Part shown: in pieces, positions 25,095 through 38,055 of the stretch
Layout: every line of letters begins with the position of its first letter
Numbering within the stretch: position 1 is the first letter of the stretch
From: Raja brachyura
Taxonomy: Eukaryota
Assembly: GCA_963514005.1 (NCBI GenBank)
Contig: CAUPSL010000915.1
Coordinates: 1-64,000, forward strand
Length of the DNA stretch: 64,000 nt
Direction of reading: 5' to 3'
Program-made: the position numbers and the translations under genes
The notes under the pieces: generated by a model
Databases searched by the model: none
Told to the model about the DNA's origin: nothing
What the model saw: only the letters and a program-made list of their open reading frames with translations

Positions 25095-25535
25095 CGCATT
25101 GGCCTTTCGGCGTGGAGTCCGTTCTGGTTCGTATCATTTCGGCGTCGTGCCCTTTCGCTTACTAGGCTTTTAAGAGTCGTGCCCTTTCGTTTATTTGGCT
25201 TTTATGCGCCGTGCCCCTTCGGTTATATGGCTTTCAGGCGTCGTGCCCTTTCGGTTATTTGGCTTTTAGACGTCGTGTCCGTTCGGTTCTTTTGCTTTTA
25301 GGCGTCGTGCCCTTTCGCTAATTTGGCTTTAAGTCTTCGTGTCCATTCGGTTATTTGACTTTTTGGAGTCACGTCCGTTCGGTTATTAGGCTTTTATACG
25401 TCGTGCCCTTTCGGTTATTTGGCTGTTAGACGTTGTGAAGGTTCGGTTATTTGCTTTTTCGGCGTCGTGTCCGTTCGGTTATTTGGTTTCTCAGCGTCGT
25501 TTCAGTTCGGTATCTTGGCTTCCACTTCTTCGCTT
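25095..25535 (+). repeat. ~32-bp tandem repeat (ttcggttatttggcttttaggcgtcgtgccct)
   Basis: About 13 degenerate copies; related to the inverted repeats at 41933 and 52112. Confidence 0.8.
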
Positions 25536-26184
25536 CGGCTTCTTGTCCTTGACGTCCCGTCTGCTCACGGAGTTCGACAAAGGACCTCTAATGTTGGTTT
25601 GGACATGCTCCAATAGTGTTATATAGCCAATCTGAAGCAATGAAAGTGTCCTTTCGCTTCCGTCGCATCCTGGTAAATTGCGCATCTGCGGCGAATCTGC
25701 ACTTTGTGAGGGTTGTTGGGGACAAGCAGAACTTCCTATGATTTCTAAGGACGTAGAGGCGTTGGTGTGTTTTCTTGGCCATTGCCTCGAAGTGGTTTCT
25801 ATAAGAAAGATAGAGATATCTGGAGAGCGAGAAGGATAGAATGGAAGGGGAGGGGAGACAGAGATAGAGAGAAAGAAAGGAGAGAGAGAGAGAGAAAGAG
25901 CGAGAGAAAAGGACATAAAGAGAGAGAGAGAAAGTGAGTAAAATAGGGAGATATAGAGAGAGAAAGGGAGAGCGAAATAGAGAGAATTAAATAGAAAGAG
26001 AGACGGCGTGGCGCATTAAGAGATAATTTATCCTTAAATGATATGAATTTCGATGACAAACTCCAAGGTAATTCGGTCCGTGCCCACATCGATTCCGGTT
26101 GGTTACCCTGGGAGATGGGGGTGTGTATCTAACCCACGGCAGAAAGAGTGCTCTTCTTCTAGCTGTTCGCACTCGACCCGCCCT

Positions 26185-26382
26185 TTCTGGCACATGTTTT
26201 ACTCCGAAGACATCGCCCATGTTGATCCACAGAAGCCAGGGAACTGGACTAATGGGGATATACCAAGTGCTAATCAGTTCAACCTCAGGACCACCGCCCG
26301 TGGGGCGGATCCGTTCGTCGTCGACATGTGCACATAGCGTCTGCACAGTGACGCGGACAGACAGCGCGGATCATAAAAAAAC
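26185..26382 (+). pseudogene. TRBV: degenerate V-beta remnant (3' half) with RSS
   Basis: MFYSEDIAHVDPQ...PSANQFNLRTTARGADPFVVDMCT*RL aligns colinearly with the 60.7-kb V (LFYS..VEP...PNSHEFHLKSSAL*ADSSAVYFCAWSL). Followed by CACAGTG (26344-26350), ~23 bp and an A-rich degenerate nonamer. Confidence 0.75.
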
Positions 26383-26599
26383 TCTGACACAATCCCAGTT
26401 AAACACGGGGTTCAGATTCAGAGAGTCATGGACTCCCGCCGCACGGTAACAGCTCCCTTCGGCTCATCTCGCCCATGTTGACCAAGGCGCTTTAACTACG
26501 GTAGTCACATTTGGCCCAGATCGCCTCAAACCTTTCGTATCCATATCCCTGTCGAATTATTTCCCAATGAGTTTCTACTACATGCCTCAAATAGCCCCT

Positions 26600-27380
26600 G
26601 TTTGTAAAAACTACAGCAGGATCTTAATCGATTGGACCAGTGTGCTGAGGAATGGTTGATTGGATTTAAAACTGCGAAAAGTGACGTGCTGCATTTTTGG
26701 AAGTTTTTACATTGACAAGGACCAACTCATTCAATGATAGGACTCTGGGGAGCGTTGTAGAGCAGAGTGATATAGGAGGACAGATGCAAATTTCCTTGAA
26801 GATGGAGTTGCGGGTAATTAGGGTGGTCAAAAAGGCTTTTGGTACATTGGTTATCATCAGATAGAGTATTGAGTGCAGACGTTGGGAGGCTTTTGCATTT
26901 ATTGTCATTTGGTAAGGCCGCATTTCAAATATCAGGCCCAGGCACCATGTTATCGGAAAGATTTTGCCATACTGGAAAGTGAAAGGGAAACATTTACAAA
27001 GATGTTGCCAGGACTCGACGGTCTGATCTATACTGGAAGGAATAGATTGGGTAGATGCACAGAGTCTTTTGCCCAGATTATGTGAATAGCGGATCAGAGG
27101 ACATGGCTTTCAGGTGAAGTGGAACATGTTTAATAGGAGGCTGAGGACTACCTTTTTAATACAAACGCTGCTGGGTATATGGAACGAGCTACCAGAGGAG
27201 ATAGTTGAGGCAGGGACTATCGCAATGTTTAAGAAACAGTTAGTCAGGTATATGGATGTGACAGGTCTTGGAGGGATATGGGCCAAACACAGGCAGGTGG
27301 GACAAGTGTAACTGGGACATGTTGGCCGGTGTGGGCAGGTTGGCCCGAAGGCCCTGTTTCTACGCTGATTGACTCTATGA
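26600..27380 (+). mobile_element. CR1 fragment
   Basis: LVRPHF.Y, FTKMLPGL, WNELPEEIVEA. Confidence 0.8.
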
Positions 27381-27819
27381 ATCTGGCAGCTAGTTGCATA
27401 GACCAACACATGTCCCTTGGATTCCTAGTAAATCTTAACTCCCCGTAGATAAAGCTGCTCCTCATGTTAAGCGTGCGTCCGCCAGCTATGAAGTAATACA
27501 GCATGGATGCCGGAACTCCTACATTACTACCAAAATGCCTCACCTATCACATGCCCACGTTTGTCCCATATCCCTCAAAATCTTTGCTATTCATGTACTT
27601 GTCCAAATCTCCTTTAAATGTTAAGGGACAAAGTGGGACCCGTTTGGTCATGGGAGGGCTGGTCTTCTAACGCAATATTCCACCTCGCCACTAATTCTAA
27701 TATTGCCGGAAGGGGGGGGGGGGGGGGGGTTCTGGAACGCTAGAATGTGTCTTGTGGGCCGACGGGATTGTATGGACTAGTATGGACGCTGGTGTATGCG
27801 CCGAATGGATTATTCGGTT

Positions 27820-28030
27820 GGCAGCTCAGTCACTCAGGCATGGCAGCTCAGTCACTCAGGCCTGGCGGGATGGCAGCTCAGTCACTCAGGCCCGGCGGAC
27901 TGGCAGCTCTGTCACTCAGGGTTGGTGGGCTGGCAGCTCAGTCAGTCAGGCCTGGTGGGCTGGCAACTCAGTCACTCAGGCCTGGTGGACTGGCAGCTCA
28001 GTCACTCAGGCCTGGTGGGCTGGCAGCTCA
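27820..28030 (+). repeat. 30-bp tandem repeat (ggcagctcagtcactcaggcctggtgggct)
   Basis: About 7 copies; a related 30-mer array lies at 29670-29820. Confidence 0.9.
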
Positions 28031-28274
28031 GAAAATGCCCGAAATTCTGCCGAAAATAGGTGAGAGATTCCATGAGAGAGAAGGTGGAGAGGGTGAAGAA
28101 TCAATGTTAAACATTTATCATCTTTTTTTAAAGATCACATCAAAGAAGTTGGAAAGTCAAGATATAAGATACATGTATTTGTCACATGTACCTATTGGTG
28201 CAGTGAAATGTGTGGTCGCCTGCCTTGGTCGAAAGTCTATCCTGACGTGGATCTCACGTGGATCTCACATCTCA

Positions 28275-29390
28275 TAGAATGACAGAATCATAGAAAATAG
28301 GTGCAGGAGTAGGCCATTCGGCCCTTCGAGCCTGCACCGCCATTCAATATGACCATGGCTGATCATCCAACTCAGTATCCCGTACCTGACTTCGCTCCAT
28401 ACCCCCTGATCCCTTTAGCCACAAGGACCACATCTAGCTCCCTCTTAAATATAGCCAATAAACTGGCCTCAACTACCTTCTGTGGCAGAAAATTCGACAG
28501 ACTCACCACTCTCTATGTGCAAAAAGATCTTCTCATCTCGATCCTAAAAGACTTCCCCCTTATCCTTAAACTGTGACCCCTCGTTCTGGAGTTCCCCAAC
28601 ATCGGGAACAACCTTCCTGCATCTAGACTGTCCAACCCCTTAAGAATTGTGTAAGCCTCTGTAAGATCCCCCCTCAATCTCCTAAATTCCAGCGAGTACA
28701 AGCCGAGTCTGTCCAGTCATTCTTCATATGGAATTCCTGCTATCCCATGAATCAGTCTGGTGAACCTTCTCTGTACTCCCTCTATGGCAAGAATGTTTTT
28801 CCTCAGATTAGGAGACCAAAACTGTACGCAATACTCCAGGTGTGGCAACTGCAGTAGAGCCTCCCTTCTCTTGTACTCAAATCCTTTTGCTATGAATACC
28901 AACATACCATCCGCTTTCTTCACTGCCTGCTGCACCTGCATGCCTACTTTCTATGACTGGTGTACCATGACACCCAGGTCTCGTTGCATCTCCCCCTTTC
29001 CTAATCGGCCACCAGTCAGATAATGATCTACCCTCCTGTTTTTCTCGTCAAAGTGGATAACCTCACATGTATCCACATTATACTGCATCTGCCATGCATT
29101 TGCCCACTCACCCAACCTATCCAAGTCACCTTGCAGCCTCCTAGCATCCTCCTCACAGCTAACACTGCCCCCCAGCTTCGTGTCATCCGCAAAGTTGGAG
29201 ATGTTGCATTTAATTCCGTCATCCAGATCATTAATATATATATTGTAAATAGCTGATGTCCCAGCACTGAGCCTTGCGGTACCCCACTAGTCACTGTCTG
29301 CCATTCTGAAAATGACCCGTTTACTTCTACTATTTGCTTCCTCTCTGCCAGCCAGTTCTCTATCCACATCAGTAATGAACCCGCAATGAA
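28275..29390 (-). mobile_element. CR1 fragment nested in the Helitron
   Basis: GVPQGSVLG, PHLEYCVQFWSP, SRTRGHSL. Confidence 0.9.
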
Positions 29391-29906
29391 TCTCAATGGA
29401 GGGAGGGAGAAAAATACTGGATTGAGATTTAATACTTATAGGGGGAATATTTACTGATGAGCCGAAGGGAATCCGCCTGGGCTAGTACATGCCTGATGAG
29501 ACGAAGGTACTGAAATTAGCAAAATCTCAGTGAGAAGCACTTTTCCTGGTCTGGCATTGGCCTTTTGGGCCAAAATGCTCCTCCTGGGAAAATACGGGCC
29601 TTTTGGGCTTCTGGGCTAATATGGGCTTTGTGGGCCGAAATGAGTGTTTTCGGGAAGGTAAAAGGTGGGCTGGTAGTTGACTGACTCGCTCACGTCTGGT
29701 GGGCTGACAGTTCACTCACTCACGGCTGTTGGGCTGACAGTTCACTCACTCATGGCTGGTGGGCTGACAGTTCACTCACTCACAGCTGGTGGGCAGGCAG
29801 TTGACTCACGGCTGGTTGGCTCACGCACACCCTCTATCACACGCAACCACCATCAAGCACACACCAAAGAACGCATACAGAGCCACAAACACAGTAACAC
29901 CATCCA

Positions 29907-29938
<32 letters not shown>

Positions 29939-30349
29939 TCACACACACACACAATCCATCACACACTCACAGCCACACATTTACGCCCTCTATCTCACAG
30001 AAACACACTCACAGCCATCCTCCATCGCACTCACACAACATATATATGACAGTGAAATCTTAAATCCACTCACGCGGCTGAGCGCGGGCTCTGCACTGAG
30101 CGAGTCTTCCGGAGTGAGCGGGACTTCCGGAGTGAGCGGCACTCCCGGAGTGAGCGGGACCTTTGTTTCAAGCACAGTGAATGCAGGGCCAACAATACAA
30201 TCCAATCCATTCCATTCCATTTCAAATCAGGCTAACACATCATTTATTGCAAGCACATTGCGGGCTAACAAATCATTTATTGCAAGCGCATTGCGGGCTA
30301 ACAAATCATTTATTCCTTTGCAAGCACAGTGGGGGCTAACAAATAACTT

Positions 30350-31384
30350 AGCAAATGTTGCAACATTTTGAGATTTTCAAAATCAAGTCTGCAATTTATC
30401 CCATCAGATAAAGCCTAAAAAGAAATTTAATTTGAAACCTTATTCACTTTCATATCTTCAGTATTATAACAGTTATGGTCATTTTCACACTCGGAAATTA
30501 GCATCTTGGCGCCTTTCAATTGCCTTTCCATTGACTTAACTCAAAAGCTGTGATCAAAGACAATCAAAAGCCCATAACTTTCTTAAAAATTAAGAAAACT
30601 CAATGAAATTTCAGTTATTATAGATTGAAGCATTCTGAAACAAATATGAAATGATCTTACTTGGAATACCTGAAATGAAAGCATATGATTAGTTAGTTAC
30701 CTAATTGTACCTAATTACTAAATTCAATTACTAGATCAAAACATCTATCCATTTCTTAAGAAAAGATAAACATGTTTTAATTGCCTAAGTGTCGACATAA
30801 CATTCATACAATAATTCACAATATAACATGTTTTTAAAATCTCATTTTCATGAATTTATAGGCCAAATGGAAGGAATTTAATTTTTAATTAAATTAATGG
30901 CCATTTAAATCAACTTGCGAGTGGGTTTAGTGCAACGTGGTGGATTGGAACGTTGCGGTTTGCGGTGAATTTAACCCACAGTCGGCTGGCAAAATTCTGC
31001 CGGTTCGTATATATTTTTTGTCCCCTTTTCGCAACAGAAAATTTGATGAAAGGATTCCGATGAACCACGTTTTTATGTAAAAATAAACCATGTACCTTAT
31101 TTTATCCCCTACGTAAAATCCTTCCCCTTTGTCCGTGTTCACGGCTTTAGAAGATGAGTTTTAAATTACTCTAGCTAATAAATGATATAGCATAGTTTAA
31201 AAATACCTTCACAAATCAAATGTCGGAGCGATTTCTCTTTGGCAACGAAATCCCTTGAGATGGATCGATTTGAACTGTCTGGAGAAAAACGGTATTTTTA
31301 ACCCGCCCCCCTCTGAAAGGCGCCAAAGTCGTGCACACGGGGAGTGGCAGAACTGCCACTCAATGTAAGTTTTGTAACATACCT
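30350..31384. mobile_element. AT-rich non-autonomous TIR-like element inserted in the satellite
   Basis: Interrupts the satellite units. Imperfect TIR (..atgttgcaacattt / ..ttttgtaacatacc|ttaa). Subterminal perfect hairpin at 31342-31361. Confidence 0.5.
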
Positions 31385-34300
31385 TAATAATGTATTACTT
31401 GCAAGCACAGTCGGGGCTAACAAACCATTTATAGCTTGCTAGCACAGTGGGGGCTAACAAATATTGTTCCTTGCAAGCACAGTGGGGGCTAACAAATTAT
31501 CGATTCATTGCAAGCACAGTGGGGGCTAATACATTATTTATTCCTTCCAAGCACAGTCGGGTCTAAAAAATCCTTTATTCCTTCCAAGCGCAGAGGGGGT
31601 TCACAACATAATGTATTCCTTCCAAGCACAGTGGGGGCTAACAGCATCATTTATTCCTTCCAAGCACAGTGGGGTTTAACAAATCATTTATTCCTTCAAA
31701 GCAAAGTAGAGGCTAACAATTCATTTGTTGCAAGTACATTTCGGCCTCACAAATCGTCATTTATCGCAAGCACATTGCGGGCTAAAAAAAAAATCATCAT
31801 TTATTGCAAGCACATTGCGGGATAACTAATCATCATTTTTTGTAAGCACATAGTGGGATAACAAATCATTTATTGCAAGCACATTGTGGGCTAACAAATC
31901 ATTTATTGCAAGCACATAGTGGGCGAAAAAATAATTTATTGTAAGCACATTGGGGGCTAACAAATCATTTAATGCAAGCAGATTGTGGGTTAACAATTTA
32001 TTTATTGCAAACATATTGCGGGGAAACAAATCATTTATTCCATCTAAGCACAGAGGAGGCTAACACATCAATTATTCCTGACAAGCACAGTGTGGGCTAA
32101 CATGTAATATATTTCTTCCCAGTACAATAGGGACTAATCTTGCATTTATTCCATGCAATCGCAATGTGGTCTAAACATACTTTATTGCTTGCAAGTACAG
32201 TGGGGGCTAACAAAACATATATTTCTTGCATGCACAATGTCAAGTAGAGTCAAGCCACATTTATTTATATAGCACATTTAAAAAACAACTCTCGTTGACC
32301 AAAGTGCTTACCATTTGTTATAAGGGTAATATACACAAGCACTATGCGGGCTAAACAAAATCATCATTTATTTGAAGCACATTGCGGGATAACTAATCAT
32401 CATTTATTGGAAGCACATTGCGTGCTAATAAATCATCATTTATTGCAAGCAAATTGCGGGGTAGCACATCATTTATTGCAAGCACATTGCGGGGTAACAC
32501 ATCATTTATTGCAAGCGCATACCGGGCTATGACATCATTATATATTGCAAGCAAATTTCGGGGTAACAAATCATGTACTGCAAGCACATTACGGGCTAAC
32601 AAATCATTTATTGCAAACACATTGCGGGATAGCAAATGATGTATTCCTTCCAAGCACAGTTGGGCTAACAAATCATTAATTTCTTCCTAGCAAAGTGGGG
32701 GATAACAAATAATTTATTACTTCCAAGCACAGTGGGGGTTAACACATGATTTATTCCTTGCAAGCACAGTGTGCCTTAACAAGTAATTTATTCCTTCCGA
32801 GCACAGTGGGGGCTAACGAATAATGTATTCCTTGCAAGCGCAGTGGGGGATAAAAAATCGTGTATTCCTTCCAAGCACTCTGAGGGCTCACAAATCATTT
32901 GTTGCAAGCACATTGGGGCTAACAAATCATAATTTATTGCAAGTACATTGCGGGCTAACGAATCATCATTTATTGCAAGCGCATTTCGAGGTAACAAAAA
33001 ATGTATTGCAAGCAAATTGCGGGTTAACAAATGATTTATTCCTTCCAAGCACAGTGAGGGCTAACTCATCATTTATGCCTTGCAAGCACAGTGCGGGCTA
33101 ACAAATCATTTCTTCCTTGCAACCACAGTGGGGGTGACAAATCATGTATTCCTTGCAAGCTCAGTGGGGGCGAACACATCCTGTATTGCTTGCAAGCAAA
33201 GTGGGAGCTAACACATAATTTCTTCATTGCAAACGCATTGGGGGCCATACAAATCAATTATTCCTTGCAAGCAGAGTGAGGCTAACAAATAATTTATTCC
33301 TTCCAAGCACAATGGGGGTTAACAAATCATGCATTCCTTCCAAGCGCAATGAGGGCTAATAAATAATTTATTCCCTCCAAGCACAGTGGGGCCTAACAAA
33401 TCATGTATTCTTTCCAAGCACAGTGGGAGCTAAAAACATCATTAATTCCTTCCAAGCAACCTGCGGGGCTTACAGATCATTTATTTCAAGCACACTGCGG
33501 TCTAACAATTCATCATTTATTGCAAGCACATTACCGTCTAACAAATTATTTATTGCAAGTAAATCGCCGGCTAACAAATCATCATTTATTGCCGGCTAAC
33601 AAATAATTCATTGCAAGCACTGTGGGGGCTAACACATCATTTAATTCTTGCAAGCACGGTGGGTGCTGACAAATCATGTGTTCCTACCAATCACAGTGTG
33701 GGCTAACAAATAATGTATTCCTTGCAAGAGCAGTGGGGGCTAACAAATCATATGTTCCTTCCAAGCACATTGGGGGCTAACAAATCATGTGTTCCTTTCA
33801 AGCTCAGTGGGGGCTAACAAATACTTTATCCTTACAAGTGCAGTGGGGGCTAACAAATCATTTGTTCCTTGCAATCACAGTGTGGGCTAATAAATCATGT
33901 ATTCCCTGCAAGCGCAGTGGGGGCTAACAAAACATGTACTCCTTGCAAGCACAGTGGGGTTTAACAAATCATTTATTCATTGCAAGCACAGTGTGGGCTA
34001 ACACGTCATTTATTTCTTGCAAGTATGGTGTGGGCTAACAAATCGTTTATTCCTTACAAGCACAGTGGGGGCTAACACATAGTTTTTTCCTTCCAAGCAC
34101 TCTGGGGGCTCACAAATCATTTGTTGCAAGCACATTGTGGGTTAATAAATCATTTACTGCAAGCATATTGCGGGCTAACTAATCATAATTTATTGCAAGC
34201 AGAGTGCCGACTAACAAATAATTTGTTCCTTCCAATCTCAGTGGGGTCTAACAAATCATGTACTCCTTCCAAGCACAAAGGGTGGTAACAAAACATTTAT

Positions 34301-37300
34301 TCCTTGCAAGCGCAGTTGGGGCAAACAAATCATTTATTATTTGCAAGCACAGTGGGGGCTAACAGATCATTTATTCCTTGCAAACACAGTGGGGCCTAGA
34401 AAATATGTCATCCTTGCAACCTCATTGGGGACTAACACATAATATATTCCTTGCAATCACAGTGGGTGCTATCAAACCATTTATTCCTTGCAACCACAGT
34501 GGGGGTAACACATCATGTATTCCTTGCAAGCACAGTGGGAACTAACAAATCATTTTTACAAGCATATTGCGGGCTAACTAATAGTCAATTATTGCAAGCA
34601 CATTGCGCGGTAACAAATCATTTATTGCAAGCGCCTTCCGGACTAACAAATAAATATATATTCCAAGTACATTTCGGAGTAACAAAGCATGTATTGCAAG
34701 CACATTGCCGTATAACAAATCATTTATTGCAAGCACATTGCGGGCTTACAAATCAACATTTATTGCTTGCTAACAAATAATTCATTGTAAGCCCAGTGGG
34801 GGCTAATACATCATTTAATTCTTGCAAGCATGGTGGGGGCTGACAAATCATTTATTCCTTCCAAGCGCAGTGTGGGCTAATAAATAATGTATTTCTTGCA
34901 AACGCAGTGGGGGTTAACAAATCATATATTCCTTCCAAGCACATTGGGGGCTAACAAATCATTTGTTCCTTCCAAGCTCAGTGGGGGATAATAAATACTT
35001 TATCCTTACAAGTGCAATGGGGGCTAGAAAATAATTTGTTCCTTGCAATTACAGTGTGTGCTAACGAATCATTTATTCCTTGCAAGCGCAGTGGGGGCTA
35101 ATAAATCATCTATTCCTTGCAAGCGCAGTGGGGGCTAACACATCATCTATTCAGTGCAAGCACAGTGGGGGTAACAAATCATTTACTCCTTCCAAGCGCT
35201 GTGGGGGATAACAAATCATTTATTCGTTGCAAGCACAGTGTGGGCTAACAAATCATTTATTTCTTGCAAGTACGGTGGGGGCTAACAAATCATTTATTCC
35301 TTACAAGCACAGTGGGGGCTAACAAATAATGTTTTCCTTCCAAGCACCCTGGGGGCTCACAAATCATTTATTGCAAGCACATTGCGCGCTAACAAATCAT
35401 TTATTGCAAAAACACATTGCGAGCTAACTAATCATAATTTATTGCAAGCACAGTGCGGGCTAACAAATAATTTGTTCCTTTCAAGCTCGGTGGGGGCTAA
35501 CAAATCATGTACTTCCAAGCACATTGGGTAGTAACAAAACATTTATTCCTTGCAAGCGCAGTTGGGGCGAACAAATAATTTATTCTTTGCAAGCACCGTG
35601 GGGGCTAACAGATCATTTATTCCTTGCAAACACAGTGGGGGCTAGTAAATATTTTATCCTTGCAACCTCATTGGGGACTAACAAATAATACATTCCTTGA
35701 AATCACAGTGGGTGCTATCAAATCATTTATTCCTTGCAACCACAGTGGGGTAACACATCATTTATTCCTTGCAAGCACAGTGGGGGCTAACAACTCATTT
35801 TCTTGCAAGCATATTGCGGGCTAACTAATCGTCTATTATTGCAAGCACATTGCGGGGTAACAAATCATTTATTGCAAGTGCATTCCGGACTAACAAATAA
35901 ATATATATTCCAAGCACATTTCGGGGTAACAAAGCATGTATTGCAAGCACATTGCGGGGTAACAAATCATTTATTGCAAGCGCATTGCGGGCTAAATAAT
36001 CGCAATTTATTGCAAGCACATTGCGGGCTAAGAAATCATTTATTCCTTCCGAGCACAGTGGGATATAACAAATAATGTATTCCTTGCAAGCGCAGTGGGG
36101 CTAACAAATCGTTTATTCCTCACAAGGACAGTGGGAGCTAACAATGTATTTATTGCTTGCAAGTGCAGTCGGGGCTAACAAATAACTTATTCCTTGCAAG
36201 CACAGTAGAGGCTAACAAATAATTTATTGCAAGCATATTGCGGGCTAACAAACCATCATTTATTGCAAGCACATTGCGGGCTAATTAATCATTATGTATT
36301 GCATGCACATTGCTGGCTAACAAATCATTTATTCCTTCCAAGCAGAGTGGGGGCTAACACATAATGTATTGCTTCCAAGCACAATGGGGCCTAACACATT
36401 ATTTATTCCTTCCAAGCAGAGTGGGGGCTAACACAGCATTTATTCTTTGCGCGCACAGTGGTGGATAACAAATCATTTATTCCTTCCACGCCCAGTCGTG
36501 GCTCACAAATCATTAGTTGCAAGCACATTGCGGTCTATAAATTATCATTTATTAAAAGCACATTTCGGGCTAACAAATCATTGATTGCAAGCACATTGCA
36601 CGGTAACAAATCTTTTATTGCAAGCACATTGCGTGCTAACATTTCATGTATTCCATCGAAGCACAGTGGGGGGTGACACATAATTTATTGTTACCAAGCA
36701 CAGTGGGGGCTAACAAATCATTCATTCCTTCCAAGCACAGTCGGACCTAACAAATTAGTTACAAGCACATTGCGGTCCAACAAATCATCATTTATTGCAA
36801 GCACATTGTGGGCTATCAAATCATGTATTCCTTGCAAGTACAGTAGGGCTAACAAATCATTTTTGCAAGCACATTGCGGGCGAACTAATCGTCAATTGTT
36901 GCAAACACATTGCACGGTAACAAATCTTTTATTGCAAACACATTTCTGACTAACAAATAATTATATATTTCAAGAACATTTCGGTGTAACAAATCATGTA
37001 TTGCAAGCATATTGCGGCCTAACACGTCATTTATTGCAATCATATTGCGGGCTAGCAAATCAATTATTCCTTCCAAGCTCATTGGGGGCTACCAAAGCGT
37101 TTATTGCTTCCTAGCACAGTGGGGGCTAACAAAGTATATATGCCTTCCAAGCGCAGTGGGAGCTAAAACATCATGTATTCATTGCAAGCACAGTGGGGGT
37201 AACACGTAATCTATTCCTTGCAAGCGCCGTGGGAGCTAACAAATATTTATTCCTTGCAGGCACAGTGTGGGCTAACAAATAATGTATTCCTTCCGAGCAC

Positions 37301-38055
37301 AGTGGGGGGCTAACAAATCATTTATTCCTTGCTAGCGCAGTTGAGGCTAACACATCGTTTACTCCTTGCAAGCACAGTGGGGCCTAACAAATAATGTATT
37401 CCTTGCAAGCACAGTGTGGGCTAACAAATCATTTATGCCTTCCAAGCATGGTGGGGGCTAACACGTAATGTATTCCTTCCAAGTGCTGTGGGGGCTAACA
37501 AAATCATTGATTCATTCGAGACACCGTGGGGGCTTACACATCATTGATTCCTTCCAAGCACAGTGGGGGCTAACACAAAACGCATTCCTTCCAAGCACAG
37601 TGGGGGCTAACACAAAACGTATTCCTTCCAAGCACAGTGGGGGCTAACACAAAACGTATTCCTTGCAAGCACAGTCGGGGCTATGAAATCATTTATTCTT
37701 TCCAAGCACAGTGGGGGCTAACAAATGATCATTTATTGCAAGCACATGCGGGGTAACATATCATTTATTGCAAGCACATTGCAGTTTAACAAATCATCAT
37801 TGATTGCAAGCACATTGCGGCCTATCAAATCATTGATATTAAGCACATTCCGGGCTATCATTTATTCCTTCGAAGCACAGTGGCGCCCAACATATCATTT
37901 ATTGGCAGCACATTGCGGGCTAACAAATCATTATTTATTGAAAGCACATTGTGGGAGAACAAATCATTTATTGCAAGGACATTGCGGGCTAACTCATCAT
38001 CATTTATTGCAAGCACATTGCCGGCTAACAAATCATTTACGTCAAGCACATTGCA
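31385..38055 (+). repeat. satellite of 37-bp (ttccttgcaagCACAGTGggggctaacaaatcattta) and 33-36-bp (ttgcaagcacattgcgggctaacaaatcattta) units; first units at 30225-30348
   Basis: Continuous tandem array of ~6.7 kb, two interleaved unit types. Confidence 0.95.

Noticed and set aside
29453-29520. Two CTGATGAG motifs resembling hammerhead cores
   Set aside because: No proper stem II plus GAAA; better explained as variants of the Helitron subrepeat tgggccgaaggga
31385-38055. CRISPR-like array or array of functional RSS/D segments
   Set aside because: Units are tandem with no unique spacers, the context is eukaryotic, and there is no consensus nonamer at 12 or 23 bp
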